A stretch of 64,000 nucleotides of DNA from an uncultured Planctomycetia bacterium (GTDB lineage Bacteria > Planctomycetota > UBA8108): contig CAZTRG010000281.1 in assembly GCA_964615885.1 (NCBI GenBank), positions 66,535 to 130,534 on the forward strand, in the 5' to 3' direction. Below, one piece after another: positions 62,960-64,000 of the stretch. A model generated the notes under the pieces. The model ran no database searches. It was not told the origin of the DNA and worked only from the letters and a program-made list of their open reading frames with translations. The stretch's first letter is position 1; each line of letters opens with the position of its first letter. The position numbers were made by a program, and so were the translations under genes.

Positions 62960-64000
62960 ATGTCGGAACATGATTGCCGTCGGGGATCTACCCGATCTGG
63001 GGCCCTGGGCCTTTTCCTGTCAGCCTTTATCGTTGCAGGCTTGTGCATCTGTGCTACTTCAACCGTCAACGCCTGGCAGGGCGAGCCGCCTCCCCCAGAG
63101 ATCTGCGACAACGGTATCGATGATGATGCCGACGGATTCACCGATTGCGACGACGATGACTGCGTCGATTCCGCCACCTGTCTCGGTATCCCCATGGAAA
63201 TCTGCGGCAACGGTATCGATGACGACTTCGACGATGCCGTCGATTGCGCCGACGATGACTGCGCCGATTCCGCAGCCTGTGCCCTCTGTGGCGACGCCTG
63301 TATTTTCGGCGAGCTCGTCTGCGGAGTAGACCTCGATGCCGATTTCCCCAAGAGCGAATGCTCACTCACCCGGGGAAGCCCGGTAGATTTTTACACCCTG
63401 GTGGTGCCCGAAGGAAGTGAGCAGGTCACGATCAACCTGACCGCCCCCTATGACACCTACCTTGCACTCTACGATGAAAACTGTGTGCTGGTTGAGCTCG
63501 ACGATGACGGCGGAATAGGACTCAACTCCAGCATCACCCGGGAAGTGCCCGCCGGCACCTACTTTGTTGGCGCCAGCAGCTTCAGCGCAGCAGCAACCGG
63601 CGACTTCGTCCTGAACGCCAGCTGCAGGGAGCCTTTCAACCAGGCCGCCCTTTGTACCGACTGTGTTGTTGCCGAGGCCGATTGCGGTGGAGAGATTGCG
63701 GGTAGCTACCCCGAAACCGGCTGCATCAGGGAAACTGCCCAGGATGTCGACCTCTACATGATCGAGGTTCCGCCCGAAGGTGGCTGGCTCCTGCTGACCC
63801 TGGAATCAACCGAATTCGCTCCCTATCTCGAGCTCTATGATGAGGGCTGCTTTACCCTCGGATCTGCCACCTCCATTGACAATGCCGCGCGCCTGAACAT
63901 CCAGGTTACCGGTGGCACCCACTACGTTGGAGTCAGCAGCACCATGGCGCAGAGCGCCGGACAATTCACCCTCACCGTCGGCTGCCGGGACATCACCCCA
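62960..64000 (+). CDS. 5' part of a secreted protein: signal anchor, two Cys/Asp-rich putative metal-binding motifs, then PPC-like domains (continues beyond window)
   Basis: ATG at 62960, open to the window end (347 codons, not in the ORF track because it has no stop). EICDNGIDDDADGFTDCDDDDC and EICGNGIDDDFDDAVDCADDDC motifs. PPC-like domains (DFYTLVVPEG…, DVDLYMIEVPPEG…). Confidence 0.6.
   Translation, partial: MSEHDCRRGSTRSGALGLFLSAFIVAGLCICATSTVNAWQGEPPPPEICDNGIDDDADGFTDCDDDDCVDSATCLGIPMEICGNGIDDDFDDAVDCADDDCADSAACALCGDACIFGELVCGVDLDADFPKSECSLTRGSPVDFYTLVVPEGSEQVTINLTAPYDTYLALYDENCVLVELDDDGGIGLNSSITREVPAGTYFVGASSFSAAATGDFVLNASCREPFNQAALCTDCVVAEADCGGEIAGSYPETGCIRETAQDVDLYMIEVPPEGGWLLLTLESTEFAPYLELYDEGCFTLGSATSIDNAARLNIQVTGGTHYVGVSSTMAQSAGQFTLTVGCRDITP

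Overview
This is a 64 kb high-GC bacterial chromosomal segment that is densely coding on both strands. I found no rRNA, tRNA, CRISPR array or mobile element. The gene content points to a Planctomycetota-like organism (possibly Verrucomicrobiota or a related PVC lineage): a DUF1501 gene, PSCyt2/PSD1 (DUF1549/DUF1553) and PSCyt1-WD40 genes, lamin-tail (LTD) and dockerin-tagged secreted proteins, and TAT-exported sugar-phosphate isomerases. Core genes are metH, a prs-like gene, mfd, rnc, yraN, the ffh-rpsP-trmD-rplS operon (without rimM), cinA and aat. Metabolic modules include a complete 2-aminoethylphosphonate catabolic trio phnA-phnY-phnW, plus a Gfo/Idh/MocA oxidoreductase, an SDR, a PEP-mutase/isocitrate-lyase family enzyme, an M1 aminopeptidase, a ROK kinase, a Zn-ADH, an M20 peptidase and a CN-hydrolase.

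The most interesting signal is a signal-peptide-bearing thioredoxin-fold gene (18729-19610). A single in-frame TGA sits exactly at the position of the nucleophilic active-site Cys, and a hairpin lies 18 nt downstream. This fits a selenocysteine-containing redox protein, not two separate genes.

Other items worth a second look:
- a ~750 bp gene-free, highly structured interval (29664-30408) with a terminator oriented for the minus strand, a candidate unannotated sRNA;
- a bipolar acidic/basic zinc-ribbon membrane protein (30409-31746);
- a 1339-aa LTD-CotH-LTD-dockerin protein (7799-11818);
- a planctomycete-type DUF1501 / PPC-domain / PSCyt2-PSD1 / PSCyt1-WD40 cluster (33179-42152);
- an FHA-domain membrane protein with 30-nt tandem repeats (16418-18604);
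- an orphan GroES-like gene with a large insertion (13873-14274).

Coordinates follow the supplied ORF track. Where I chose an internal start codon, this is stated in the evidence.
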